This document shows positions 1-14,014 of a stretch of 64,000 nucleotides of DNA, piece by piece. The position numbers and the translations under genes were made by a program. Origin of the DNA: Octopus bimaculoides. Its lineage: Eukaryota. Within the stretch, counting starts at the first letter, position 1. The number at the start of each line of letters is the position of its first letter. The stretch covers positions 88,652,988-88,716,987 of the forward strand of contig NC_068989.1 in NCBI RefSeq assembly GCF_001194135.2, in the 5' to 3' direction. Under the pieces are notes generated by a model. It was not told the DNA's origin. It saw nothing but the letters and a program-made list of their open reading frames with translations, and did not search any database.

Positions 1-1181
1 CCCGTTTCCGAGGAAGACTGAGAATGAACAACACTGCTTGCATGTGGATAATGCTCCCTACTTTCGCACAATGTTAGGACAAGGAGATGCAAGCACACTC
101 ACATACAAAAATATGTACTTATACATATGTACATACATACGCACGTGTGTGTATTCACACAGACACACATGTATGATGGGCTTCTTTGAGTTTCTATCAA
201 TTAAATTCACTCACAGTGCTTTAGTTGGCCCCAGGATATAGTCACCTAAGTTGCCAGATTGTGTGTGTGCGTGCATGTGTATATGCATTAAGTTGGAAAG
301 AAACAAAATGCTTCTTTGATCTTAATTGATGTGTTTAATTGAAATTATATTTCTCTGGATTCTTCTTTTACGCTGGATGTTAACTATTGTTGTTTTCATT
401 GGATTTACTGACACTCTATCAGTTAGAACAATGTTGATGTGATTCATGGAATTGCCTGCTCATGAACTTAACATGCTAGTGGTTGAGTACCCCACAGACA
501 TGCCCTAAACATAGTTCTCAAGGAGATTCAGCGTGACAAGGCTGGTCCTTTGAAATACAGATACTACTCATTTTTGCCAGCCAAGTGAATTGGAACTATG
601 TGAAATAAAGTGTCTTGCTTAAGGGCCCAATGCGCCACCAGACATCAATGCACTTGTTGCAGTGCTCCAACCAGTTTGTGATGCCCCATAGAATTTCTCC
701 AAAGGGAAAATGATGATTCTTGTTACAGCCGCCTTCATCTTCTTAGAGAATCTGCTCTGCACTGCATCATTAGCATCTTTATTCCCCCCACCAAGTATTC
801 ACAAGCACCACTATATAACTGTGTGGTAGCTATGTNNNNNNNNNNNNNNNNNNNNNNNNNNNNNNNNNNNNNNNNNNNNNNNNNNNNNNNNNNNNNNNNN
901 NNNNNNNNNNNNNNNNNNNNNNNNNNNNNNNNNNNNNNNNNNNNNNNNNNNNNNNNNNNNNNNNNNNNNNNNNNNNNNNNNNNNNNNNNNNNNNNNNNNN
1001 NNNNNNNNNNNNNNNNNNNNNNNATATATATAAAAAATATAATTATGATAATAATATTAGGGATAAAAATCCAAATTTACAGGTAAAAAAATTCAATTTA
1101 ATTTAATTTATCAAAATTAAAATTAAATTAAGTTTCACAATATATAATATATAAATATATAATTTAGAGGAAAAAAAACAC

Positions 1182-1326
1182 AATTCTTGAATTCATCCAT
1201 GAAAATCCACAGTCACATATAGAAAAATTTAATAGGTAAATACACCAAAAAGATCTATAATAAAAATACAAAGTAATGAATATTAAAATTTGTGATTGTG
1301 GATTTTCATGGATGAATTCAAGAATT
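1182..1326. repeat. 36-bp inverted repeat with 73-nt AT-rich spacer
   Basis: 1182-1217 versus 1291-1326, one mismatch. Confidence 0.9.
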
Positions 1327-2289
1327 GGTGTTACTGAACAGAAAGTTATCAAATCAACCATCATTATATCATACCCACCTCTTTTATGTTGATGTATTTA
1401 ATAGTTGCCTCTTCCCTGTGTAAGATCTGCAGCATTGAAAACTCATCAGATTTGTTCATCAGTACATCTTCCTTGCAGGAAGTAGAAGCTCTTTAGATTT
1501 GTTTATTTAGTGTATCACTTAGAATTCTGGAGTCTTCACTATCAAAGGAAAGCTGGTCATGTTAACCCAGAATGAATGGCAGTGCCCCAGCATGGCCATA
1601 GCATATAGCTGGAACCACTAAAAGCAATGCGTGTGTGTGTGTATAGATGCTGGCACAACTGTGAGGTAAGAAGTTTGCTTCCCAACCACATGGTTCCAGG
1701 TTCAGTCCCACTGCGTAGCACTTTGGGCAAGTGTCTCCTACTGTAGTCCCAGGCCAACCAAAGTCTTGTGAGTTGTTTTGGTTGAAGGAAACTGAAAGAA
1801 GCCTGTTATACACACACACACATGTATGTATGTAAACATTTGTGTGTTTGTGTTTGTCCCCCACCATTGCTTGACAACTGGTTTTGATATGTTAACATCC
1901 ATGTAACTTAGTGGTTTGGCAAAAGAGACTGATAGAATAAGCACCTGGCTTTAAAAAGGGTACTCAGGTTGATTCATTTGACTAAAACTTTTCTAGACAG
2001 TGCCCCAGCATGGCCACAGTCCAACGACTGATACAAAGGATTACAGAAGATAATAAAATTATACGATGCAATTTGAATTGCAGAGTTTAGAGCTCCAGGT
2101 GTGTCCTTAGACATCCAAAAAGACAAACTGGGAACTAGTCTATTAGAACAAGTTCCCTTGAACTGGTCTCTGTTGTTAGAAGGCTAATGGCAAAAAACTT
2201 ACATTTTGTAATTCTTGAGAGAAAGAGAGAGAGAAGCATGGAAGTTCTATTATGAAAGGCTACTAAGTATGGAAAGTGCATGGGAGATA

Positions 2290-3085
2290 GTGTAGACCCA
2301 ACAGAGGGACCAGTCATATTAGCTGACAGCTAAAGCAATTAAGAATATGAAGGCAAGGAAAGACCCTCTTCCACCAGGAATTACCACTGAGATGCTTAAC
2401 CCTTTTAGCATTCATATTGGTTGGTTAGATCCAATGTTTATTTATTCACGCTGTTGTAGCTTTGAGATTTTGATGATGTGATTATTTTCAGAATGACATT
2501 GTAGGGTAGGTGTGAGAGTCTGGATCTGGCTGGTTTGAACATAAATGAGGTAGAATATTTCAGCCTGATATGGCCAGTTTAAATGCTAGAGGGTTAAAAT
2601 ACCTAATAGAGTGGGTTATTATGGCCCAGACACCCATATAGTTAATCAAGTTGTATGGAAAATGATCATACCTTGTGACTGGCATAGCAGCATATAGTCA
2701 ACTTTTATAAGGGTTAAGGAGATGCTTTTGAGAGAAGTAATTACAGAGTATCAAATTGCTGGACCTGGTCATGAAAGTCACTGAAAGGGTCATATCTCAA
2801 TTAATTAGGGAAGAAGTTAACCTAGATGAGATGCAGTTTGGTTTCATACTGAGAAGCACTACTGATAATCTCTTGTAAGGAAACTGCGGGAGAAGTATTT
2901 AGCGAAAAGTAAACCATTGTACTTAATTAATATTTAATGACTTGAAGAAAGCCTTTGACAGAGTACCTCACTCTCATATCTGATGGTCATTGTTGGAGCT
3001 TGTCATTGAGTAGACAAATGGCTGCTGAATGCCAATACCCGAGTACTGTCAGTAAGGTTAGAGTTAGCAATGAGTACAGAGTAGG
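2290..3085 (+). mobile_element. Decayed RTE-clade LINE reverse transcriptase fragment, interrupted by a MITE
   Basis: Hand translation across frameshifts: AIKNMK...PGITTEMLK, IPCDW, GDAFERSNYR, EMQFGF, DLKKAFDRVPH, all typical non-LTR (RTE) RT motifs. Confidence 0.8.
2400..2593. mobile_element. TTAA-flanked MITE, family P1 (piggyBac-like ends CCC...GGG)
   Basis: TIRs CCCTTTTAGCATT / AATGCTAGAGGG; TTAA at 2396-99 and 2594-97. Related copies near 22836-23005, 35380-35600, 47755-47960 and 49433-49641. Confidence 0.8.
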
Positions 3086-3671
3086 TACGTGTACTCATGT
3101 GTGTGCACACTGATACTCATCTATTGAACTTTAACAAATGCCTATTAGTTCCCAGTGTTTTTGTTTTCTTATTTTGTTGTTATTGCAAAATTAAGGATTT
3201 TTGTTGTGGGGATTGAGAATTTAAGAATAATATTGAGGAATAATAAAAAAAAATGATGGGTGACATGATTGTGACATCCTCCTACATATATGTATACATT
3301 TCTATGCACACACACAAACATAAATCCACTCACAGATCTTACACAGACAACACTTTCTGTCTGTTTGTCTCAGTATATATACATGTGTGTCTATATCATC
3401 ATCATCACCATCATCATCAACATTTAATGTCCATTTTCTGTTTTGGCATGGGCTGGACAGCTTGACAGGAACTGGCAAGGCCAGAACCTACATCAGGCCC
3501 CATAGTCTGTTTTGATTTGGTTTCTGTAGTTGAATGCCCTTCCTTAAACCAACCACTCCTCAGAGTATATTGGGGTAGCACCTTGATTTTAGGACATCAA
3601 TTCTGTTGTCGTGGGTGGATGGGTTGGTTGGCTCTCGAGTACAGCAATATACCACATATTTCAGTCTTCTG

Positions 3672-3781
<110 letters not shown>

Positions 3782-4468
3782 TATTATTTCATATCCCTTC
3801 ACTAACACATCTACTTCATGCATATGTACATGCAATGCACATTACTGCATTGAACACCAAACCCCTGAAACAGCTGTGAAGGATTACCTGTATTCTCCAA
3901 TCCCTTATTTGTGAGGTTCAAATATGAGCTCTGGATGTTTACCTACCTACTCAAGATGAACGACTTCAAAGGACTACTCAATTTTCTCTTCTCTTTTACC
4001 TATGACATTAGACTATGAACTATCAGGTTATCTACCTACTTACAAAAAATTACTATGAACTCTCGCCTTCCTGTTTTTCCTGTTTTTCTGCTTAATCTAT
4101 ATATTTTTTTTCTATTTAGTTTGTTTTCTTATATATATGGAAAATAACTAAAACATTTCATTGGACTTCATGGCTGCAGTCCAATGCCTGAAACAATAGC
4201 TTTATATATATATATATATAAAGAGTTATATAGTTTTATGTGCCTTTCTGTATAACAAATTTAGAATTATTTCATCGTCATTAACAAACTGTCCATTGTT
4301 TTATTCTATTATACTTTTTTTTATCTTGATCAGTACATTGCCTATAACTAACTCTTATTTATCTGGACTCCATCTCCATTTGATGTTGGGTTTTAGGTAA
4401 CCAATGTGGTCTGAGCACTAATTGTCTGTATCTATTATTCCCCATTCTTTGACATATTCTGAATCATT

Positions 4469-4530
<62 letters not shown>

Positions 4531-5366
4531 CACATACACACACATGCATGCACTCATATATATTGTTGTGTCTTGAGAGGGTCACTATGTCAATAATAAT
4601 AAGCAAGCACGAGTTCAATATTACTTCTCTATTGTTAATCAATTGGTTAAATTGACTAAAATTACATAAAAAATAACAATAATCATAAAGAAGTGATATT
4701 GAACCAGTATGTGTGAGTTTATTAATATTGGTGTGGTGACCCTCCCAAGACAACAAGATTTGTTTCAACACTTGAATTTACACCAAGAATCTTGCAAACC
4801 AAATACAAAACTGAAGTAAATTAGATTTACTAATTTAAAATGAATTACATGGGTAGAAAAAAGAAATTAGTCAATGCAGAAGAATTTACTTATGGCATTT
4901 ATGTTCTAAACAAATAAAATTAATTCTTTTTAAAAGTCACCAAACACATGTTCTTTATGTGTTCCCTCCCCCCCCTAATATGTCTCACATGCATACTTGC
5001 ATTATGTTTATTTGTCACCCAGTGCTCAGCAGAGGTCTTATTAATATGTGACATCATACAAAAGAACATTCTTCTCTTTTGAATGTTCTAACACCAAGAA
5101 ATGGTAGAAAATATCTCAGGCAAAAGAGTTTGTATGTAAAAGTTAATGGGTCAAAATATTACATTACTACAACATACTGTTTCTTTTAAAATCTGGTTAC
5201 ATACAAAACCCACAAACAGAACTTGAATTTCAGTATAATAAGGATGTGTTTAGATTAATGGATTTACGTAGAAATACCACCATTCCATTTCATTTTATAT
5301 GCTTTTCTGGGTAATGCCAGGTCTCCAAGTATATATACATATATATGCATGTGCATATGTATACAT

Positions 5367-5499
5367 GGGTAAAGGAAAATACAGAAGGATCAGTTAATTA
5401 TGATTTTATTCAACATATTCTCCTCTCAGATTCACTCACTTATTGCAGCGGTCCTTCAGTCCAATACCTGAAACAATAGCTTTATATATATATATACAC

Positions 5500-5559
<60 letters not shown>

Positions 5560-5630
5560 TTATATGCCTTTCTGTATAACATGCTTTTCACAATACCCTT
5601 ACGACTAGGAACTTTTCAGCACCCCCTTGT
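5367..5630 (-). mobile_element. Mariner-derived MITE fragment with an internal templated insertion
   Basis: Ends AGGAACTTTTCAGCACCCC, resembling a recalled mariner TIR (GGGGTGCTGAAAAGTTCCT). The interior is replaced by a copy of 4177-4256. Confidence 0.55.
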
Positions 5631-7404
5631 GTGTGTGTGTGCATGTACATTTATATATATATATATACACACACACACATATATATATACATATATACAC
5701 ACATATATATATACACACACACATATTCAGAGAGAGAGAAAGAGAACAAGTGAAGAGAGTTGTTTGTGATACATTTATTTCTTTCATTGTTTACAATTGT
5801 TTCAATGACTTGGTATTCTCCTTGGGCTTCTCTCTTACCTTCACCCCAATACTAATATTTACCATGAACCACACCTCTACACATGTTGCATGTACCTCTC
5901 TACCCGTCTCTAACTTTCTGGTGCTTTCCTCACACTCTAATGAACTTATCCACCCACCCTTCCTGCAGATTTTCAGCTCCTGTCAAACTACCCAACCATG
6001 CCATTCTGGAAGACAGGGAGGTTAAATGTCAATAAATCACCATGATTCATACATATCTTTTTACATAGATAGATGTATTGTCATCATCTTTTTAACGTCC
6101 ATGGAGTCACATGAAATTTGTTGAGACAGATAAGGGTTGGTAACAGGAATTTATACTGCTGCTCCCCACCTTTTTTTTGTGCTGTCACTTCTTTGTCTCC
6201 TCCTTCCTGAGCCATTCCCGTTTCTTTTACAGTCCTCTCTTTAGCTCATATCTACCATTGTGCACACCTCCATCCTTGTTCACTATTTTCTACATTCACC
6301 TCTACTACACCCTCTACATTCTGCTGTGGAGTAGGTATGTATCTCCTCTACAGCAGACTCCCTGCTCCTCTGTCATACGTGGGCCTCTCAACATCTGGCA
6401 TAAAGTTACCTCATTCTCTGTTATACTCTCACTCAGCAGAGTGGGCTTTTTTTTTTTTTTTGCCTTGGGTGTTGCTTGGCGACCACACTCATGTCAGTGC
6501 CATGAAAAATACACTCAATACTTTCTGTAAAGGGGTTGGTGATTGGAGGGCATCCAGAAACCATGCCAAAGCAGACATTGGAGCTCAGCATGTTCCTTCT
6601 GCTCATTGGATCCTATTGGACTATCTTACTCTTGCCCAGCATAAAAGACAAACATCAAATAAGAGTGTGTGTGTGTATTTTTTTAAGTTCTGTAATTCTT
6701 TTTGAAGATATGTCTATGTTTTATAGATAGTATTTTTAATGTCTATATTTTGTAGCCTTGAGTATATAAAATAATTTATATTTGCAATCTGATGTCTATC
6801 TTTTACCCCCTGCCCCAGAATTTGCTGGGACATGGGGTAAGTCATTAAGTATTTTATTGACCCCCCAAATTGATGAAAGGCAGAGTCGACCTCAATGAAA
6901 TTTGAACTCAGCACATAAGCATGGATGAAATGCTGTTAAGCATTCTGCGTGCCATGCTAAAAATTCCACCATCTCACCACCTTTTTTTTACATTTGTAAT
7001 AGTGAGGTGTAGACATAATGGATATATTATGTTAATGTTTTGTTCCTACTTCTTGTTGCAGGCAACATTTTATGTTTTTAATACTGCTTCATTGAATGGC
7101 GCTGCCCAAGTGCTGAAACCATAATAATTTCCATTTGGCACCTGATTATAGAAGTACATATTTGATATGCTTGTTGTCTGAGTCTTTCGCACTTTGTGTT
7201 CTCATTATTCTAATTTGTTCATCTTTCTCATATGGTGGAACTTGTTAAGGGGTGTTTGGTTTATGGTGGTTTTGTTGTTTATATTATACCACACATCGAC
7301 ATTGCGTGATTGCCCTTCATTGGGATTCTAATTATAGCTTGGGTAATACTTTTTTAAAGAGTTTCTAGTTTAGAGAGGTTTTGTTACACACACACACACA
7401 CACG

Positions 7405-7486
<82 letters not shown>

Positions 7487-8784
7487 GTCTTCTATTACAA
7501 AGTGTAGACTAGCCAATGCCTTTTGAGTAAATTTGGAAGATAGTAACTTTATGAAACTCGCTGTGTGTTGGGTTTATTTACATCCCCATGACTAGTAGTT
7601 TAACAAAATAGATAGAATGAGTACCAGACTTAAACAATAAGTACTTGGATTTATTTGTTCAAGCAAATTCTTCAAAGTGGTGCCCCAGTATGGCTGCAGG
7701 CCAATGACTAAAATGAATAGAAAATAAAGGCATTTGTGTGAAATGGCTGTGAAAGGTGTGTAGCGCGTGTATACATTTTCAAAGTGACAGGTTTAAAATT
7801 TGTGTGCATGAGATTAGTTGTTGATTGATCTAGTTTTGAACAATCTTGTAGTTATGCAAACACACACTGACACGTGCTAATATGGGCTGATACTGATTTA
7901 GAAGCTCCATACTGCAAACTGTAACGCTTCTCACATTGTTTGCCACAAGACTGGTTTTATCTTGTGTGTATTGTTTAGAAATCTGGCTGAATCTGGTACT
8001 GAAACTTATTTATACTTTCTGCAATAACTTGTCCTGCAAATTCAGGTGACCTGTGTCCAAAATTGCATTGTGGTATTCTGTCGATGAAATAAGGGACTGT
8101 CGTTGTATAGTAAATTTGTTTATACCTTCCCAGAAATGTGGGTGGCTTTGTACTAATATAATAAATAGTTACTCTTGTGTTGTACATGTTTAGTATAAAA
8201 ATACAGCCATGGCTCTGGGTTAAGAATCTTGCTTTGCAACCACATGGTTTCAGCTTTGGTCCCAATGTGCACTACCTTCCTTTATAGCCCTGCTGATCAA
8301 TGTCTTGTAAGTAGATTTGATCAGTGGAAACTGTGGAAGCCTGTCATATGTTTGTATTTATATCTCACCTCTGCTGTCGACAAGAGTTGGTTTGTTGAAG
8401 TCCCCTTAACTTAACAGTTTGGCAGAAGAGACTGCTAGAATAAGTATCAGGCTATAGAGTAAACCCTTGAAGGTTGTGCCCCAGCATGGTCACAGTTCAG
8501 CGATTGACACAAGTTAGGGATTTAGTATGAGTTTGTATACAAAGCAAGGTGGAGGGGATGAATCAATGACTTTGTTGTAGACTTTATCCTAATCACTTTA
8601 AAACACACAAACAACGTGACACAGCATTTTGTTGAATGACATCATCAAAAATTGAAAGCAGTTGTTAGTTGATTGCACTTTATTGGACAGACATTTTACT
8701 GAAACAATTTTTCATATAATATTTTTATAAATATATTATTCTTCTACAATAATTTTTTTCTCTTGTACAATTTTAAATATAGAA

Positions 8785-9150
8785 CAAGAGCACTCAGAGA
8801 GCGCAAATCTCCACCAAAGCAACATCAACGTCCTCTCAACAATTAGCCAGAGATGATTTTTAAAATGAGAATATCTGAAATAAACTCGAATGCTCACAAA
8901 CGAGAATACTAATAATGAACCCGACCGCTCTAAAAAATTGAATAAACAAACAGGAAAAATAATCCAGAATGCTTGTTCCGTATCGGATCAATCCCCAAAT
9001 GTAATCAGTTTGTGCCAGTCACGAGGCTAAACTTTCCTGAAAGTTTCATCCGAATCCATCCAGCGGTTCTTGAGATATTTTGTCCACAGACAAACAAACA
9101 AACACATCTGAAAACACTACCTCTGCCTTTACTAAGGTCGAAGTAATAAT
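8785..9150 (-). mobile_element. HINE-like element, same family as 26210-26961
   Basis: Reverse complement of the 26590-26961 unit over its full length. Confidence 0.75.
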
Positions 9151-9194
9151 CTTTAACATAAAATAGTGTGGCAGATTCTTGTGTCTTTTAACAT

Positions 9195-9570
9195 GAACTG
9201 GTTTCAGCTATTTGGCTACGGCTATGCTGGGGCACTGCCTTGAAGGATTTTAGCCAAACAAATCGACCCCTAGGACTTGTTTTTCTAAGCCTAGTACTTA
9301 TCCTATCAGTCTATTTTGCCAAACCGTTAAGTTATGGGGATGTAAACACACCAACACTGGTTGTCAAGTGTGGTGGTAGGGGACAAACATATATATATAC
9401 ATATATGCAACGGGCTTCTTTCAGTCTTCATCTAGTAAATCCACTCACAAGGCATTTGTTGGCCTGAGGCTATAGTAGAAGACACTTGCCCATGAGGCCA
9501 CACAGTGGAACTGAACCTGGAACCATGCGGTTGGGAAGTAAGCTTCTTACCACAGCCATACCTGCACCTA
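9195..9570 (-). mobile_element. SINE family A, reverse orientation
   Basis: Reverse complement of the family A sequence, including head and tail. Confidence 0.8.
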
Positions 9571-9797
9571 CCATGCAGCTCACAGATTCTTTGTTTTAAA
9601 TGTGTGATTTTGTAAAACGATTTTATCTAAGGTGCTGGCACACCTGTAGGTTAAGAAGTCTGCATTTGAACCACATGGCTTTGGGTTCAATCCCGCTGCA
9701 GGGTACCTTGGGTAAGTGTCTTCTACTATAGCCCTGGGTTGACCAAAGCCTTGTAAGTGGATTTGGTAGATAGGAACCACAAGAAGCCTGTTGTATT

Positions 9798-9863
<66 letters not shown>

Positions 9864-11050
9864 CTTTGCTTGTATGACACATGCTCATTTACAATGTGAT
9901 AGCTAGACAAGAGTAAACATATGCACACGACAGGCTTCTTTCAGTTTCTGCCTATCAAATCCACTTCCAAAGTTTTGGTTGTACTGGGGCTATTGCAGAA
10001 GGCACTTGCCCAAGGTGTCATGCTGTGGGACTGAACTGGCGACCACACAGTTAAGAACCAAGCTTCTTAACCACACAGGCATCTACTTTCACCTATAGCC
10101 AAGATGGAAAAAAAAAAGCTTGAGATAGCTGTTAGTGGCTTTTCATATTCATTAGCCACAACACTGTCAACAATGTAATATGTTGGTGATGTGACAAATA
10201 ATCAATATGCAAAAGTTGAATGTCTACTGATGGAAATATAATTAAAAATCAACCAACTACAATCATCCACCAGATCCAACACACATTGAAGTGGAAAAAA
10301 CAATATACAGAAAGGAGGGAGAAAGCTGCCATCTTGGCTAAATAGATATCAGCTATCATACAAGTTATCTCCCACAACTTTCCCCTGATGGCTGGTGAGG
10401 ATGATGCAATGAAAATGCTAAGATTCTGAAGGTGGTAGTCTTAAAAATGACCAACATGTCATAACCAGAGGAGTAGAATTCGTATTGAAAGAAGACTATG
10501 AAAACGGTCTTTTTTTTATTTTTGCATTCCACAGAAATCTAGACTGGCTTTCTCAAATCTGTGCCTGGTTCACTGATAAAACATTTGATGTTGCTCCAGC
10601 TGGCAATCAGTTGTATATACCAGTCAGGCTTTGTAGTAAATGTATCTCACATTGTCCTTCTGGTTTATGCCAGTGGTTCTTGACCATTTTTTGCCTTTGG
10701 GCCCCCTTGACTCTTATTTTACTGGCCCTCTATAACCATTCAATGAATACTAAAAAAATCTTACTGTATTTTTTTATAAAAATAAGTGTTAAATATTTTG
10801 TGTATTGTCAAAGTATAACCAATTTATTGCACATAAATTTTAACATGATTGTTGACCCTACTGCTCTCTGTCCTCCTCCCTTTTGTCTCTCTCTCTCTCT
10901 CTCTCTTCTCTCTCTTTGACACATATTCACATCCGCCTTCTGAATGGTCATATACATACAGTTAGACATATTCTTAACGTTAATGAATAAAACATTCACA
11001 CTCTCTAATGCACGTCTATACAAATTTCATTTGTTCACATGTGCATACAT

Positions 11051-11139
<89 letters not shown>

Positions 11140-11289
11140 ATAGACATTTACCTTCAGAAATTGAAGTTGGCCGTACAGCTTTTTTAAAATAAAATATTTG
11201 AATTGGAACTCTATTTTAGAACTCTCGTTTGAATCAGAACTCCATCTATTTATCTATCTTCTCTCCCCACTATCTTTGGGATGGTTGTC

Positions 11290-11440
11290 GGGGTAGAGTC
11301 CTCAGGCACCTCCTCCATGGGACCCTATCAGAATCACCCATCATTAGATTTTCCAAATGAATTCCCAAGTGTGTCTGATTAGGGATATTATCCAACCATC
11401 TTGTTCTTGGTCTATTCCTAGGTCTTGCTTGTTTCACTTG
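11290..11440 (-). mobile_element. RTE LINE 3'-end relic
   Basis: The minus strand reads ARPRNRPRTRWLDNI. Confidence 0.5.
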
Positions 11441-11967
11441 GCTTTCCTAGAGATAAAATATTTACAAATTAATATATTTAAGAAACTTCCTGTGATCTGT
11501 ATTATTCTATGGATAAGTAATACAGCATTTTCATGTTTTTCTATGTAAGAAGCTCACTTTGCAACAATATGGTTTTGGGTTCAATCCCACAGCAGGGCTC
11601 TTTAGGCAAGTGTCTCCTACTCTGGTCCTGGATCGACTAATGCCTTGTGAGTGAATTTGGTTTGATGGAAACTGTGGAAGCTACTTATGTATGTGTGTGT
11701 ATGTGTGTCTCTGTTTGTCTTCCCCCCTCCCACCAAGTGCTTGACAATTGGTGTTTGTTTATGTGTCTGCAAGTTAGTGCTTCAGTAAAATAGACCGACA
11801 GAATAAGTACCAGGCTTGAAAAATAAGTACCGAGATCAAATTGTTTGACTAGACCCTTTTATGTGCTCCAGTATGGCCACAGTCCAATGACTGAAATAAG
11901 TGAAAGATGAAAGATAAATCTTGGTGTTTGTGTTTGCATTCACATACATATTGTCAAATCATATAAG

Positions 11968-12297
11968 TTTTGATACCAACCTGGCTGAAACCTCCTCTGG
12001 CTCTGTAGTGCAAATGTCTTGTTTTCATAAGTTCTATATTAAAATCTTCCACCAAACTTTAGTCACAAGTTATGTTCCTAACTCTAGCTGAATGATAGCT
12101 CAGTTATTTTGCTAAATTCTTTGTTGTATTTAAAATCAATTGAAAGAAACACAGAGCATCTCAAAATAAATATGGTAACAAAAGGGTTAACAAATGATCA
12201 ATTTAACCCTTTCAATATCAACCCGACTGTAACCGCCTCTGGGTCTGAGTACAAATGTCTTGTTTTCATAAGTTTTGAATTAAAATCTTCTACCAAA
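11968..12297. mobile_element. MITE family P2, one near-complete unit plus a partial second unit
   Basis: The first unit ends AAAGGG at 12186, followed by TTAA-caaatgatcaat-TTAA. The second unit starts at 12207 and is truncated near 12297. Confidence 0.8.
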
Positions 12298-13509
12298 TTG
12301 ATATCTTGATTCACACGTCTCTGTTGCAACAGCTGATGGGTTGTGGCAGTGATCCCCTGCTCTTGCCACCACTCGTCTTGAAAACCCTACAAAAGGCAAG
12401 CATGTTGTTCTTCCTTCTCTAATTAAATCATTAGTTTGCTCACTTACTGATTTCACTCCCTTATTTTCTGTGTATAGGTGCAGGCATGGTTCTGTGGTAA
12501 TAAATTTGCTTTCCAACCATATGGTTCCAGGCTCAGTTCCACTGCATGGCATCTCATGCAAGTGTTTTCTATTATAACCCCAGGCCAACCAAAGCCTTGT
12601 CAGTGGATTTGGTTGGCAGAAACTGAGAGAAGCCCACTGTGTGTGTGCATGCGCACACGTTACTGTCTTTGTCTTGATGATGAGTGTCACCATCATGCAA
12701 GCAGTCATGTCCCTTATTTCTTATCTTCCAGGAAAACATTCTTGGTCATGAGGAAATATTACCTTCCTTGGAAACAGATGAGGGTTGGTGACAGGAAGAC
12801 TATCCAGGCATAGAAAATCTGTCTCAACAAATTCCATCCAGTCCATGCTAGCATAGAAAAATGGACATTAAAATAATAATAATAATGATGATGGTGATGG
12901 TGGCAGCGGGTTGTCTAGAGACCTTGTTAACGTAGTTGTCCATATTACCCTAATGCAGAAGTTCGATGACTCCCTTAACATTTGTCAAATCATTTCATTT
13001 TGTTCCATAGCATTTTTTGTTGTTGGGGCACCTGAGCTGTTATTTCTTTTACCAATCTTTCCCATCCATCTCCAGTCTTGGGTATCATCCCAATCCACAA
13101 CTCACTGAGTCAGTCCCTCTTGGCTCACTCTCTTCTTTTACGTTCTATTTTCTCCAACTTCAAACATACTGTTTAAGTTGCACCCTCAATTTAGTGTTTA
13201 CAAAATTTTTTCCCTTCAAATTCTGACTTGATTTTAGCTTTACTTCAAGTCACACTCCAGTTCTTTCCTGTCAAAATCAAGTATAAAATAGTGTGATTTA
13301 TACACAGATTGTGGTAATTGTATTTGCAAGTGACCCAGTCATATGTGTTACTGATGTAACCAAACTACTATGATTTACTTCACCTTTCTCTCTTTCCAAC
13401 TAATACATTATCAGGAAGTAAAACGAACATTTATACAATAGATATCATGTCAGACTTTATTTACATAAAGCTTGAATCTCAATTTATTTATAAGGAAGCA
13501 AACAGAAAG

Positions 13510-13541
<32 letters not shown>

Positions 13542-14014
13542 GAGGAGTACACCTCAGAACAAATCACATGTTTGGTCATGCCTGGTGGACAAGACCGCAT
13601 TGGCGTTGCTGTGGCACCCCACCTTGCAGGGCTCATTACTTAGATGTACCATAGCTATCTTGATTTTGTAGTGGAAGGGACCCTGGTCCAATAAAACAAT
13701 GATTAGAGGTGTTCCAGTCATGGCCATCCAAGCTGCGATGTAGGAACAGCACTTCACATTAGGGCTGTGCATTGTTCCTTAAGATAGTAATGTGTATTGA
13801 CTGAAGGGAATATTTGACTGCGATTTCTCATAACTGGAACGGTAACAAAGAGATTCCTGTATTGGTTTGCAACTGTCCATGTAAATGCTGCTGTAACCAA
13901 CTGCAACACTGTAATTGATGCGATTTAGTTCTGAGCTCAAGTCGTCTACAAGAGATGTAGGTTCAAAGCCCATGGGCAGCCTACAGCTTTTTCTATCCAA
14001 TATGTATATTGTAG

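Noticed and set aside
1381-1560. Protein-like minus-strand segment (DQLSFDSEDSRILSD...)
   Set aside because: Contains a stop, lacks splice signals and has no recognisable motif.
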